A DNA stretch of 29,051 nucleotides. It comes from Candidatus Eiseniibacteriota bacterium. GTDB lineage: Bacteria > ARS69. The DNA is taken from assembly GCA_052390515.1 (NCBI GenBank), contig JBQTGV010000083.1, positions 1-29,051 of the forward strand, in the 5' to 3' direction. The first letter of the stretch is position 1. Every line of letters begins with the position of its first letter. The translations under genes and the position numbers were made by a program. This document shows, piece after piece, positions 16,520-25,497 of the stretch. The notes under the pieces were generated by a model. That model searched no databases and was not told the DNA's origin. It saw only the letters and a list, made by a program, of their open reading frames with translations.

Positions 16520-17785
16520 TCAGACCGGGTCCGGCTCCGGGACGCTCTCCTCGATCCGCATCACCGCGGGGGCGAGGAAGGCGATGCTTCCCATCGCCAC
16601 ACACGCGACGCCGGCCGCCACGTACCAGGTCCGCACGCCGACCAACTCCGCCACCGGTGCGGCGAACAACAGCCCGACCGGCGCCGTCGCGCCGGCCAGA
16701 CTCCCGAGCAACGCGAACACGCGCCCCTGGAGCTCCGGCGCGATCGTGGACTGCATGATGGCGTGCACCGGGCCGTTCATCAGCGGCGCGATCGTTCCCA
16801 CCGCGAGCATCGAGGCGAGCAGCCATGCGAAGGAGCCCTCGGGCGTGAGACCCACGGCAAGCACTGCGAAGCCCAGTGCGACCATCGCCCCGAGTGCCGT
16901 CACGATCCGGCGGCGGCCTCCTCCCCAGACCCCGAGCAGCACCCCGCCCGCCAGCATCCCGACCCCGAACGCGGACGTGATCCACCCGAGGTCCGCGGCG
17001 TCGCCTAGCACGCGCTCCAGCACCAGCAGCGGGAGCAGCGAGAACGCGGGGACGAGCAGCAGGTTCACCGCCGCAGCGACGGCGATCAGCGTGAGGTGGC
17101 CATGCCGCCGCCTCAGGTACCGGTAGCCCTCCACGAGCGACTGCGCGACCGACGGCGCCGCCTCGCCGGCGACCGCTGCCTTCGGCTGCGGCACCGCGAT
17201 GAGCGCCAGCGGGACGATCGCGAGGAGCGCGGTGCCGACGTCCACCAGCATGACTCCGCCCATGGGAAGCAGCCCGCAGAGGAACGCGCCGATCGGGGCG
17301 GCCACGATGAGGAGGAGCCCCTCGAGGCTCTGGTTGATCCCCTGGATACGCGCGAAGTGACGTTCCGGAACCATGAGCGTCGTGGAGGCGATCATCGCCG
17401 GTGCGTGGAAGGCCGAGCCCAGCGCCCTCACGAAGAGCAAGCCCAGCACGTGGACGGTATCCGCCTGGCCCGCGGCGAAGAGCCCCGCGAGCGCCAGCGA
17501 GGCGGCGGCGACGCACGCGTCCGAAGCGAGCATCACCGTCTTGCGGCTCCAACGGTCGACGAGCGTGCCGATGACCGGGCCAAGCACGACCTGCGGCAAG
17601 AGCCCGACCAGGGTGGCGGAGGCGAGGATGGCGGGAGAACCGGTGGTGGTGGTGAGCCACCAGATGATCGCGAACTGGACGGCGCCGCTGCCCAGCAGGG
17701 ACAGCGACTGGCCCGTCCAGAGGACTACGAACGGAACCATCGACGGCTCGGCGGGGGAGCGAGCCTCGGTGGTCGGGTCGTTCAT
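16520..17785 (-). CDS. MFS efflux transporter (DHA3/MefA-like)
   Basis: LWTGQSLSLLGSGAVQFAIIWWLT, GTLVDRWSRKTVM (motif A), ELQGRVF, about 12 hydrophobic segments. Confidence 0.93.
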   Translation of the reverse strand: MNDPTTEARSPAEPSMVPFVVLWTGQSLSLLGSGAVQFAIIWWLTTTTGSPAILASATLVGLLPQVVLGPVIGTLVDRWSRKTVMLASDACVAAASLALAGLFAAGQADTVHVLGLLFVRALGSAFHAPAMIASTTLMVPERHFARIQGINQSLEGLLLIVAAPIGAFLCGLLPMGGVMLVDVGTALLAIVPLALIAVPQPKAAVAGEAAPSVAQSLVEGYRYLRRRHGHLTLIAVAAAVNLLLVPAFSLLPLLVLERVLGDAADLGWITSAFGVGMLAGGVLLGVWGGGRRRIVTALGAMVALGFAVLAVGLTPEGSFAWLLASMLAVGTIAPLMNGPVHAIMQSTIAPELQGRVFALLGSLAGATAPVGLLFAAPVAELVGVRTWYVAAGVACVAMGSIAFLAPAVMRIEESVPEPDPV

Positions 17786-17848
17786 GGGAACCTCCGGGAA
17801 GTGCGGTGACGGGAGGAAGTATGTCCGGGGTGATCCGATTATTCAAGA

Positions 17849-17863
17849 ACAATCTAATATTGT
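17849..17863. promoter_or_regulatory. Candidate operator between the divergent MFS and ArsR-like genes
   Basis: ACAAT-CTAAT-ATTGT dyad in an AT-rich patch. Confidence 0.45.
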
Positions 17864-17928
17864 GACGCGGTTGTCGTTGGGATACATTGGGCGAGTTCTA
17901 AGCGGCTCCCGCGGAAGGGGATACGACG

Positions 17929-18660
17929 ATGGGGAGGCCGAAGACCCTCCGGCCCGGGGTGATGCTCCTGACGGAGCTGGAGCAGATCAAGGTTCTGGCG
18001 GACCCGCTACGCATCCGGATCCTGGAGCAGCTGTGCGAGGAGCGAACCACCAAGCAGGTGGCCCAGCGGATCGGAGAGAAGCCCACCAAGCTCTACCACC
18101 ACGTGGAGGCGCTCGAGCGGGTGGGGCTCATCAGTCTGACCCGCACGCGCCCCAACCGAGGCACGCTGGAGAAGTACTACCGGGCGGTCGCCGGCGCCTT
18201 TCGCGCCGACCCCTCCGCCTTCTCCGCGGGGTCCGCCTCGCCGGAGGAGGAAGCCGGCGCGTATCGCGACATGGTCCGCACCATCCTGGACTCGACTTCG
18301 ATGGAGCTCACGCGACTGATCGACTCCGGCCGCGGCGACTGGCTGGAGAAGGAGGGTCTGCTGAGCTTTGTCGAGATCCGCTCTGACGAGGCCGAGATGG
18401 GCAAGCTGCGCAAGCGCCTCTCCGGGATCGTGGAGCGCCTGATCGCTCCGGCCGAGGACCCTGAGGCAGAGCCGGCGGCCGGGGAGCCGGTCCCGCGCTA
18501 CCGCCTCATGCTCGCCTTCTTTCCGCTGGAGCCGGAGCCGGCGAAGAAGCGTCCCACAGCGAAGAAGCGTCCCGCGGCGAAGAAGCGTCCCGCGGCGAAG
18601 AGGCGTCCCACGGCAAGGAAGGGCCCGGCGGCTTGGAAGCGCCGCGCGTCGAGTGCGTGA
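17929..18660 (+). CDS. ArsR-like winged-helix regulator with a basic repeat tail
   Basis: KVLADPLRIRILEQL..TTKQVAQRIGEKPTKLYHHVEALERVGLI..EKYYRA; divergent from the MFS gene. Confidence 0.88.
   Translation: MGRPKTLRPGVMLLTELEQIKVLADPLRIRILEQLCEERTTKQVAQRIGEKPTKLYHHVEALERVGLISLTRTRPNRGTLEKYYRAVAGAFRADPSAFSAGSASPEEEAGAYRDMVRTILDSTSMELTRLIDSGRGDWLEKEGLLSFVEIRSDEAEMGKLRKRLSGIVERLIAPAEDPEAEPAAGEPVPRYRLMLAFFPLEPEPAKKRPTAKKRPAAKKRPAAKRRPTARKGPAAWKRRASSA
18541..18648 (+). repeat. 18-bp tandem repeat, about 6 degenerating copies, encoding AKKRP(T/A)
   Basis: GCGAAGAAGCGTCCC(ACA/GCG) x3, GCGAAGAGGCGTCCCACG, then two diverged units. Confidence 0.9.
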
Positions 18661-18722
18661 CGCTCGGGCGATCGCACCACCATCGGTCGTTCGTGCCGGG
18701 TGATCCGTTCGCGGCCCTGGAA

Positions 18723-19196
18723 TCAGGCGCGCCGGCGTCGCGTGCGCCGAGTCGCGCCGCCGTCTCCCAGCCAGTACCGAGCCCCGGCCCCACGGCGCCC
18801 TGCGCGGTCGCCCGGGTTGGCGAGCTGGCAGCGGTCCAGCGACAGGCAGCCGCAACCGATGCATTGCGTCAAACCGTTCCTGAGGCGCTCGAGCTGGGCC
18901 AGCCGCTCGTCGATTTGGGACGTCCACCGGCCTGACAGGCGAGCCCAGTCCCGCCCGGTCGGCACCCGGCTGTCCGGCAGCTTGGCCAGCTCCGCGCCGA
19001 TCTCGTCGAGCGACAGCCCGATCTTCTGGGCGAAGACGATGAAGGCGACGAGCCGGAGCACGGCACGCGGAAAGCGCCGGTGGCCCGAGCCCGCTCGCTC
19101 CGAGCGGATGAGGCTGCGGTCCTCGTAGAAGCGCAGCGCCGAGGCGGCCACGCCGCTGCGCCGGGCCACCTCGCCGATGGTGAGCAGGTCCATCAT
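18723..19196 (-). CDS. soxR: Redox-sensitive transcriptional activator SoxR
   Basis: MerR HTH (LTIGEVARRSGVAASALRFYE) plus CIGCGCLSLDRC [2Fe-2S] motif. Confidence 0.97.
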   Translation of the reverse strand: MMDLLTIGEVARRSGVAASALRFYEDRSLIRSERAGSGHRRFPRAVLRLVAFIVFAQKIGLSLDEIGAELAKLPDSRVPTGRDWARLSGRWTSQIDERLAQLERLRNGLTQCIGCGCLSLDRCQLANPGDRAGRRGAGARYWLGDGGATRRTRRRRA

Positions 19197-19221
19197 GGCA
19201 AGAATGTACCGCGGGCGCCCC

Positions 19222-19252
19222 TTGACTTCAAGTTGACTTGAGCTTGTAGCGT
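19222..19252 (+). promoter_or_regulatory. SoxR-activated promoter with SoxR box
   Basis: -35 TTGACT (19222-27), 19-bp spacer, -10 TAGCGT (19247-52). CTTCAAGTTGACTTGAGC (19226-43) matches 15/18 of CCTCAAGTTAACTTGAGG. Confidence 0.92.
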
Positions 19253-19318
19253 TCGGACGTCGGGTGTTGCCGGCACGCCGCCGTCACCGCCCCCGGAACG
19301 ACCTCGCGGGAGAAGAAC

Positions 19319-20035
19319 ATGTTCACCTCATCCAGATCGTCTCTGGACGGCATGCGCGTCGCCGTCACCGGCGGCACCTCGGGGCTGGGGCTGGCCCTGG
19401 TGGAGTCCCTGCACCGGCGCGGCGCCGCCGTCGCCTTCGTGGCCCGGGATGCCGGGCGAGTGACCGGGGTTGCCCGGCGCCTCCCCGGCACCCATGGGAT
19501 CGCCGGCGACGTGTCTGTCAAGGACGAGACCCATCGGATCGCGCTGCGCGTGACCGCGGCGCTCGGCGGCCTCGACGTGCTGATCAACAACGCTTCCAGC
19601 CTCGGTCCGGTGCCGCTCGCGCTCCTGGCCGACACCGAGTGCGAGGATCTGGAGAGCGCGCTGGCCACCAATCTGGTCGGCCCGTTTCGCCTCACCAAGG
19701 CGTTGCTCGGAGCGCTGGCCGCCTCGGCCCGCGACGGCCGGCCCGCACTGGTGATCAACATCACCAGCGACGCCGCGGTCACGCCGTACGCGGGATGGGG
19801 CGCCTACGGCGCGAGCAAAGCCGCGCTGCTCCACCTGAGCCGGATCTGGGGCGAGGAGCTGCGCACCCACGGCGTCCGCGTCGAGGCCATCGACCCGGGC
19901 GACATGGACACCCCGATGCACACTCTCGCTGTCCCCGATGCGGACCGGACGACTTTGAAGAGACCGGAACAGGCAGCGGAGGAGATCCTCGAGCGCATCG
20001 CCGCCTGGACGGAGCACCAGGAGGTCCACCGATGA
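19319..20035 (+). CDS. SDR-family NAD(P)-dependent oxidoreductase
   Basis: TGGTSGLG, LINNAS, NITS, YGASK. Confidence 0.95.
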   Translation: MFTSSRSSLDGMRVAVTGGTSGLGLALVESLHRRGAAVAFVARDAGRVTGVARRLPGTHGIAGDVSVKDETHRIALRVTAALGGLDVLINNASSLGPVPLALLADTECEDLESALATNLVGPFRLTKALLGALAASARDGRPALVINITSDAAVTPYAGWGAYGASKAALLHLSRIWGEELRTHGVRVEAIDPGDMDTPMHTLAVPDADRTTLKRPEQAAEEILERIAAWTEHQEVHR

Positions 20036-21093
20036 GACCCGCCCAGGCGCCGATCCAGCGTCCAGCCGATGCCCGGCTGCTGGTGGTCGCGGCCGACGGG
20101 CGTGTGCTCGACACGGAGCGGATCCGCCTCGCCGACGTCCTCGAACCGGGTGATCTGCTGGTGGCGAACGATGCCGCCACGCTGCCGGCGAGCTTACACG
20201 GCGTCCACGTGCGCACCGGCGCGATGATCGAGATTCGCCTGGCCGGGCGGGAGTCGCTGGCCGCAGACGATGTGCGACACTTCACCGCCATCGCATTCGG
20301 ACCCGGCGACCATCGCACGCGCACCGAGGAGCGCCCTTCGCCTCCGCGCTTCCGGCGCGGCGACCGGCTGCGGCTCGGACCGCTCGCGGCGAAGGTCGTG
20401 CGCACGCTCGGCCATCCTCGCTTGGTGACGCTCCGCTTCGCCGGCACCCCGGACGACATCTGGGCGGGGATCGCGGCACACGGCAAGCCGATCCAGTACG
20501 CTCACGTCGAGCAGCCGCTGGCTCTCTGGGACGTCTGGACTCGGGTGGCGGCGCGAGCGGTGGCCTTCGAGCCGCCATCGGCCGGCTTCGCTCTCGACTG
20601 GGGTATGATCCGCCGCCTCGCCACGCGCGGTGTCGGCTTCGCGACCGTGACTCATGCCGCCGGCATCTCGTCGACCGGTGACCCTGCTCTCGACGCGAGG
20701 CTGCCCTTCGACGAGCCGTACCACGTCCCCGAGGCGACGGCGCGAGCCGTGGCCGAGACTCGAGCGCGAGGCGGGCGCGTGATCGCTCTCGGCACCAGCG
20801 TCACACGGGCTCTCGAGGATGCGGCGCATGGTGTTGCCGAGCTACGCGCCGGCCCAGGGCTCGCCACCCGCCGACTGGCACCCGGCTCACGGGTCCGCAT
20901 GGTCGACGCGATCGTCACCGGCGTGCACCAGCCCGGCGAGAGCCACTACGAGCTGCTGCGGGCGTTGACCGGAGACACGGTGCTGCGGCGGATGAGCGCG
21001 CTGCTGGAGCAGCGAGGGTACCGCTCGCACGAGTTCGGGGACTCCGTCCTCCTCGAGCGGAATCGAGACGCCGGTACCCGCGCGGCGGCCTGA
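20032..21093 (+). CDS. QueA-like (SAM:tRNA ribosyltransferase-isomerase fold) paralogue
   Basis: ATGA overlap with the SDR. ARLLVV, PGDLLVANDAATLPA, EPPSAG, RVIALGTSVTRALE, HEFGDS. Canonical LPPYI and YQT motifs are absent. Confidence 0.88.
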   Translation: MRPAQAPIQRPADARLLVVAADGRVLDTERIRLADVLEPGDLLVANDAATLPASLHGVHVRTGAMIEIRLAGRESLAADDVRHFTAIAFGPGDHRTRTEERPSPPRFRRGDRLRLGPLAAKVVRTLGHPRLVTLRFAGTPDDIWAGIAAHGKPIQYAHVEQPLALWDVWTRVAARAVAFEPPSAGFALDWGMIRRLATRGVGFATVTHAAGISSTGDPALDARLPFDEPYHVPEATARAVAETRARGGRVIALGTSVTRALEDAAHGVAELRAGPGLATRRLAPGSRVRMVDAIVTGVHQPGESHYELLRALTGDTVLRRMSALLEQRGYRSHEFGDSVLLERNRDAGTRAAA

Positions 21094-21303
21094 AGTGCGT
21101 GGTGGCTCCATGGCCTCGTCGCAACCTCGAGCCCGCGGGGAACCGGCCCCTCGAGCGCAAGTCGTGGACGTGCGAATGGGAGAGCGCAGTCGGCCACGCC
21201 GGCTTGGTGTCCGTACATGGATCCTGTAGCATGAACACCGAGTGAGGCAGCTGGTAGTCGATCACCCCGCGTGATCGAGCGCCCCCTTTTCATCGAGGTT
21301 GTG

Positions 21304-21765
21304 ATGCTGTGGATAACCCGAGCCGGCGCGAACGTGGACCGCGTCGCGTGCCCGTGGCTCATCAAGCGATTCATCGACAAGGACGCGCAGTTCCTCTTCG
21401 TGCCGGCAGAGCGCGTCCTGGACACGGCGAAGCTCCTGGGGGCGAAGACGTACGATGCCCAGGGTGCCGACTTCGGGCACCAGACGTTGCCGGAGGGGGA
21501 GGTGTGCTCGTTCGTCACGTTGATGCGGGAGTTCGAGGTGTGGGGCAAGGACCCGGCACTCGACGAGCTCGGACGGATCGTCAACCACGCGGACGTGCGC
21601 GCGGAGACGACCGCCTGGAAGATGCCCGAGGGCGAAGGGCTGAAGGCGATCGCCCACGGCTTCGCTCTGGCCACGGATGACGACCATCGGAAGCTCGAAT
21701 GGGAGTTCCCGATGTACGACGCGCTGTATGCGTACTGCCGCAAGAAGGTGGGCAGTTCCCGGTAG
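21304..21765 (+). CDS. Stand-alone chromate-resistance ChrB C-terminal-domain protein (ChrF-like)
   Basis: GAGG RBS. MLWITRAGANVDRVACPWLIKRFIDKDAQFLFV, CSF, DPALDELGRIVNHAD, MYDALYAYC. Confidence 0.9.
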   Translation: MLWITRAGANVDRVACPWLIKRFIDKDAQFLFVPAERVLDTAKLLGAKTYDAQGADFGHQTLPEGEVCSFVTLMREFEVWGKDPALDELGRIVNHADVRAETTAWKMPEGEGLKAIAHGFALATDDDHRKLEWEFPMYDALYAYCRKKVGSSR

Positions 21766-21844
21766 ATCTCGTCGGGGTATCGAGCAGCCGGGTCAGAAGC
21801 TGAGCACGACGTCCTCGAACCATGGTCACTCTCTCCGCCAAGGT

Positions 21845-21870
21845 GACGGCACGATGAGGGGCGTGCCGTC
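21845..21870. terminator. Hairpin downstream of the ChrF-like gene
   Basis: Perfect 9-bp stem GACGGCACG / CGTGCCGTC, 8-nt loop, no U-tract. Confidence 0.4.
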
Positions 21871-21937
21871 GGGGAGGCGCATGCTCCTCGAACGCTCCCT
21901 GGCCGATCCCGGATCACCGTAGTAGGGTGCCTGCGGC

Positions 21938-23524
21938 ATGCACCAGCACGTCACTCTCCTGCGCCCCGAAGCGCCGTCCCCGGACGCTCCGCGGATCTCG
22001 ACGGCGCTGCCGGCGGATCTGATCGTCCAGTCCGCCTCGCGGGTCCGCGTTCTCGCGCTGCTCTATTCCTTCGTCTTCTTCATGGCCGGGTTCTTCCCTG
22101 CGCTTCTCTTCCCGGAGGATCGCGTACGAGTCTTCAGTAGCTTCATCCTGTGGGGCCCGGGCGTGGTCGCCATCGTCGTGGCGCTGCTCGTCGCCGCGGT
22201 GATTCGGAACCCTCGCGTGCCGCTTCCCGCGGTGATGTACATCGCACTGGGATTCGAGGTCGCCAGCAACTACGGCATCGCCGCAGCGGAGTTCCTCTCG
22301 CCGACGGGACCCGGCCTCGAGCCCGGCCACTGGATGGGGCTCTCCTGGGTCGCCGTGTGGACGCTGCTGTTCACGGTGGTCGTGCCGACGCCGCCGCGCC
22401 GGGCGGTGATTGCCGCCCTGGCCTCGGTCAGCGCGGTCCCCGTGACCGTCGCGCTCTCGATCGCCGCGAGCCCCCCCGGGTTCCGGCCCAGCGCGCTGCA
22501 GTACTTCTTCGCGCTCGTGTTTCCTTACCTGCTGGTGGTGGTCATGGCCTACGTGGGGGCACGCGTGGTCTATCGTCTGGGCACCGAGGTCAAGCGCGCG
22601 CGTGAGTTGGGAAGCTACCGTCTGGTGGAGCGCCTGGGGCAGGGGGGAATGGGCGAGGTGTGGCGCGCGGAGCACCGCATGCTGGCGCGCCCCGCGGCCA
22701 TCAAGTTGATCCGCCCGCCGGCCGTGGGGGACCGACGAGTGGAGATGTCGTCGGACGGGGTCCGTCGCTTCGAGCGCGAGGCGCAGACCATCGCGCGCCT
22801 GCGCTCGCCACACACCGTGGATCTCTTCGACTTCGGGGTCGCGGAGGACGGTGCCTTCTACTACGTCATGGAGCTGCTGGAGGGGCTCGACGTCGACGCG
22901 CTCGTGCGGCGCTTCGGGCCGGTCCCTCCCGAGCGCGCCGTCCATCTGCTCCGCCAGATCTGTCACTCGCTCTCCGAGGCCGAGTCGTGCGGGCTGGTGC
23001 ACCGCGACATCAAGCCGGCGAACATCTTCCTGTGCCGATACGGAGAGGACTGCGACTTCGTCAAGGTGCTGGACTTCGGCTTGGTGAAGGCGCTGGACGA
23101 TTCGACCGGGCTGGACACGGTGCTCACGCGCGAGAACGCCATTCACGGCACCCCCGCGTTCATGGCGCCGGAGCAGGCGCTCGGGCGAAGTCAGCTCGAC
23201 GGCCGCGCGGACATCTATGCGACCGGCTGCGTGGCCTACTGGCTGTTGACCGGCCAGCTGGTGTTCAGCGGCGACACCCCGATGGCGCTGCTCACGAGCC
23301 ACGTGCACACGCCAGCCACGCCGCCTTCCAGCTGCTCCGAGACGCCGATTCCGGAAGATCTGGATCGCCTCGTGCTGTCGTGTCTGGCCAAGGATCCCGC
23401 GGAGCGACCGCAGACCGCGAGGGAGCTGTCGCGCCGCCTCGGTGAGGTCACGAGCGCCGGCGTCTGGACCGACGAGCGGGCCCGTGAATGGTGGGGGAAG
23501 CATCAGCCGGTGCCGGCGTCCTGA
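21938..23524 (+). CDS. Hanks-type Ser/Thr protein kinase with N-terminal multi-TM domain
   Basis: About 6 hydrophobic helices, then GQGGMGEV, AIK, HRDIKPAN, DFG, GTPAFMAPE, DIYATG. Confidence 0.95.
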   Translation: MHQHVTLLRPEAPSPDAPRISTALPADLIVQSASRVRVLALLYSFVFFMAGFFPALLFPEDRVRVFSSFILWGPGVVAIVVALLVAAVIRNPRVPLPAVMYIALGFEVASNYGIAAAEFLSPTGPGLEPGHWMGLSWVAVWTLLFTVVVPTPPRRAVIAALASVSAVPVTVALSIAASPPGFRPSALQYFFALVFPYLLVVVMAYVGARVVYRLGTEVKRARELGSYRLVERLGQGGMGEVWRAEHRMLARPAAIKLIRPPAVGDRRVEMSSDGVRRFEREAQTIARLRSPHTVDLFDFGVAEDGAFYYVMELLEGLDVDALVRRFGPVPPERAVHLLRQICHSLSEAESCGLVHRDIKPANIFLCRYGEDCDFVKVLDFGLVKALDDSTGLDTVLTRENAIHGTPAFMAPEQALGRSQLDGRADIYATGCVAYWLLTGQLVFSGDTPMALLTSHVHTPATPPSSCSETPIPEDLDRLVLSCLAKDPAERPQTARELSRRLGEVTSAGVWTDERAREWWGKHQPVPAS

Positions 23525-23679
23525 GCCCGGCTCTCAGATCAGGGCTCGAGGCGATATCCGGCGAAGCTCGGCGATGTGCGTGTCGAGCGTGCGCTCCCTC
23601 GCCATAGTGCGGACGCGTCGTACCTCGAACGAGCGGCGCTTCGCTCCCCTTGCGAACCGAGTGTCGAAAGGGGTGCGTC

Positions 23680-23859
23680 ATGAGACCGGAGAGCACCCTC
23701 GCCGTCGTCGTCTGTCTCCCTGCGATTCACGAGAGCGCCGCCGTCGCCACGCTCCTTGACGGCGTCGCGCAGGCCGGACGCGTGGATCCGTCCTGGGACG
23801 GCAGATCGAGCCGCGGAGGACGCATCGCGAGCGGGGTCTACTTCCTGGAGGGCCCGTGA
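23680..23859 (+). pseudogene. Skeleton of a secreted FlgD-Ig-tail protein
   Basis: MRPESTLAVVVCL (signal-like start, AAAGGGG RBS) joined almost directly to VATLLDG..AGR..SWDGRSSRGGRIASGVYFL. Confidence 0.7.
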
Positions 23860-23910
23860 CCGGACGTTGCGGGCTCTCCGCGTGTGGAGCAGGCAGCCCG
23901 GGGCAGGCGC

Positions 23911-24429
23911 TCAGTCCTCCGGCGCGTCGCGGCGCTTGTACGTGAGCAGGTTGAAGTCGAGATCCTCCGTGGCGACCCCCAGAAGCCGGAGCATGTTCAG
24001 GACCTGCGCGCGATGATGCACTTCGTGTAGGACCAGCTGCGTGAAGATGGCCGCGGCCGAAGCGATCACGATCACCGGCCGGCCGTCGTCCCCGGTCACG
24101 CGGTACTCGATGCTCGCGGTCCAGTCGCGCACGCCGCTCAGCACGGCACGCGTGCGACCTGCCTGCTCGAGCCACGCCGCCTCGAGCGCGGCGAAGGGCG
24201 GCGGCCCCTCCTCCCGGATGGGCCACTGCTCGTACGGTGGGACGTCGCGCTGCTGCATTCGCTGCACGTAGTACCACTCGCTGGCCATGGTGTGCGTCAG
24301 GGTACGGCCGAGCGTCCTGCGCCACGTCGGGAGCTCCCGTACGTACTGCTCGGCGCTCAGCGGACGCACCCAGGCGAACACGCGGCCGCGTGCCACCACG
24401 AGATAGTCGTAGGTCTTCAGAGGCTCCAT
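23911..24429 (-). CDS. DinB/YfiT-family protein
   Basis: TLGRTLTHTMASEWYY and QLVLHEVHHRAQVLNMLRLLG (three-His metal site). Confidence 0.9.
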   Translation of the reverse strand: MEPLKTYDYLVVARGRVFAWVRPLSAEQYVRELPTWRRTLGRTLTHTMASEWYYVQRMQQRDVPPYEQWPIREEGPPPFAALEAAWLEQAGRTRAVLSGVRDWTASIEYRVTGDDGRPVIVIASAAAIFTQLVLHEVHHRAQVLNMLRLLGVATEDLDFNLLTYKRRDAPED

Positions 24430-24525
24430 GGTCGCGCATTGAACACGAAGGCCCCGAGTTCAGGCAAGCGCGGGCTGCCGACTCAGTACCCGCCCGAGAG
24501 CGGGAGTTGAAGTATCCTGTTCGCC

Positions 24526-25497
24526 ATGAGTGAGCGGCTTCCCCTGATGCACCGCGTGCGCCTCCGGTGGCTAGCCCGAAAGCTGCGCCGGAGCGGCCTC
24601 TTCGACAGGGACTACTACCTCACGACCTACCCGGACGTGGCCGTCGCGCGCATCGATCCCGAGCTTCACTACTTAGCCCATGGCGCGAAGGAAGGGCGAG
24701 ACCCCAGCGCGACCTTCCGCACTCGGTCGTATGTCGCCGGGCATCCGGAGATCGAACGATCCGGGGTGAATCCGCTCCTCCACTACCTCGACCACGTGAA
24801 CGAGCACGTCGACGGGGAGTCGAGTCGACGAGCCTCTCTCGAGGCGGGGGAGGCGCCGGCCTCGATGGACACCGAGGAGGTCGCTGGCTTGGTCACATTG
24901 CTGGCGTTCCTGCGCCCCGGGGACCAGGTGCTCGACATCGGTGCTCGCGCGGGGGCGTTCGCCGTCCCCTTCGCGGCCAGGGTGGGCGAGACGGGATGCG
25001 TCGTCGCCGTGGAACCGAACGCGGCGGACTGCGAACTTCTCTCCGAGAACGTGCGAAGGAGCGAGGTGGATGACCGCGTCGTGGTTCGCCGCGCGTTCGT
25101 GACGGATCGCCCGGGCGGCGGCGATGATCGACTCGAGTGCGTCACCGCGGATCAGCTGGCCGACCTGCTCCGTCCGGGGCGGCCGCTTCGCGTCGTCAGG
25201 ATCCATGTCGAGGGGATGGAGCTCGCCGTTCTGCGCTCTTCGCCTCGACTGCTCCGGACCTGGCGGCCGATCGTGCACCTCGAGGTGGCTGCGGCGGCAT
25301 TGGCTCGGTTCGGCGCGACGACGGCGGAGCTGGACTCCCTGCTGAGGAAGGAGCGCTACACGTTCTTTCGCGATGCCGAGGAGGGGTGGCCGTCCGACGG
25401 GGTCTTCCGGCTGTGCGGTCTGGCGTCCCTGGACGAGGGCGGGGACTGCCTCGCCGTTCCCGAGGAGCTCTTGTGGAAACAGCCCGTCACGCCGTGA
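24526..25497 (+). CDS. FkbM-like methyltransferase with N-terminal GLFDxxYYLxxYPDV repeat domain (possibly degenerate)
   Basis: SGLFDRDYYLTTYPDVA..DPELHYLAHGAKEGRDP; VLDIGARAG, VAVEPN, IHVEGMELAVL, RPIVHLEV. Confidence 0.78.
   Translation: MSERLPLMHRVRLRWLARKLRRSGLFDRDYYLTTYPDVAVARIDPELHYLAHGAKEGRDPSATFRTRSYVAGHPEIERSGVNPLLHYLDHVNEHVDGESSRRASLEAGEAPASMDTEEVAGLVTLLAFLRPGDQVLDIGARAGAFAVPFAARVGETGCVVAVEPNAADCELLSENVRRSEVDDRVVVRRAFVTDRPGGGDDRLECVTADQLADLLRPGRPLRVVRIHVEGMELAVLRSSPRLLRTWRPIVHLEVAAAALARFGATTAELDSLLRKERYTFFRDAEEGWPSDGVFRLCGLASLDEGGDCLAVPEELLWKQPVTP

Noticed and set aside
3228-17863. Shared regulator for the ACAAT/ATTGT dyads at 3228 and 17849
   Set aside because: The spacers differ (2 vs 5 bp), so one protein is unlikely to bind both.
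18541-18648. Tandem repeat as a CRISPR array
   Set aside because: The units are contiguous 18-mers without spacers, are coding, and no cas genes are present.
19264-20031. N-terminal extension giving a 609-aa QueA-like protein
   Set aside because: It is an alternate frame of the SDR gene; the RBS and ATGA coupling place the start at 20032.
20032-21093. Calling this gene canonical queA
   Set aside because: Key QueA motifs are replaced, and the context is SoxR/SDR rather than tgt.
21914-23503. Long antisense and alternate-frame ORFs (e.g. 529 aa opposite the kinase, 452 aa over the MFS, 361 aa within the IS)
   Set aside because: They are Arg/Pro/Ala-rich shadow frames expected from high-GC codon bias, with no recognisable motifs.
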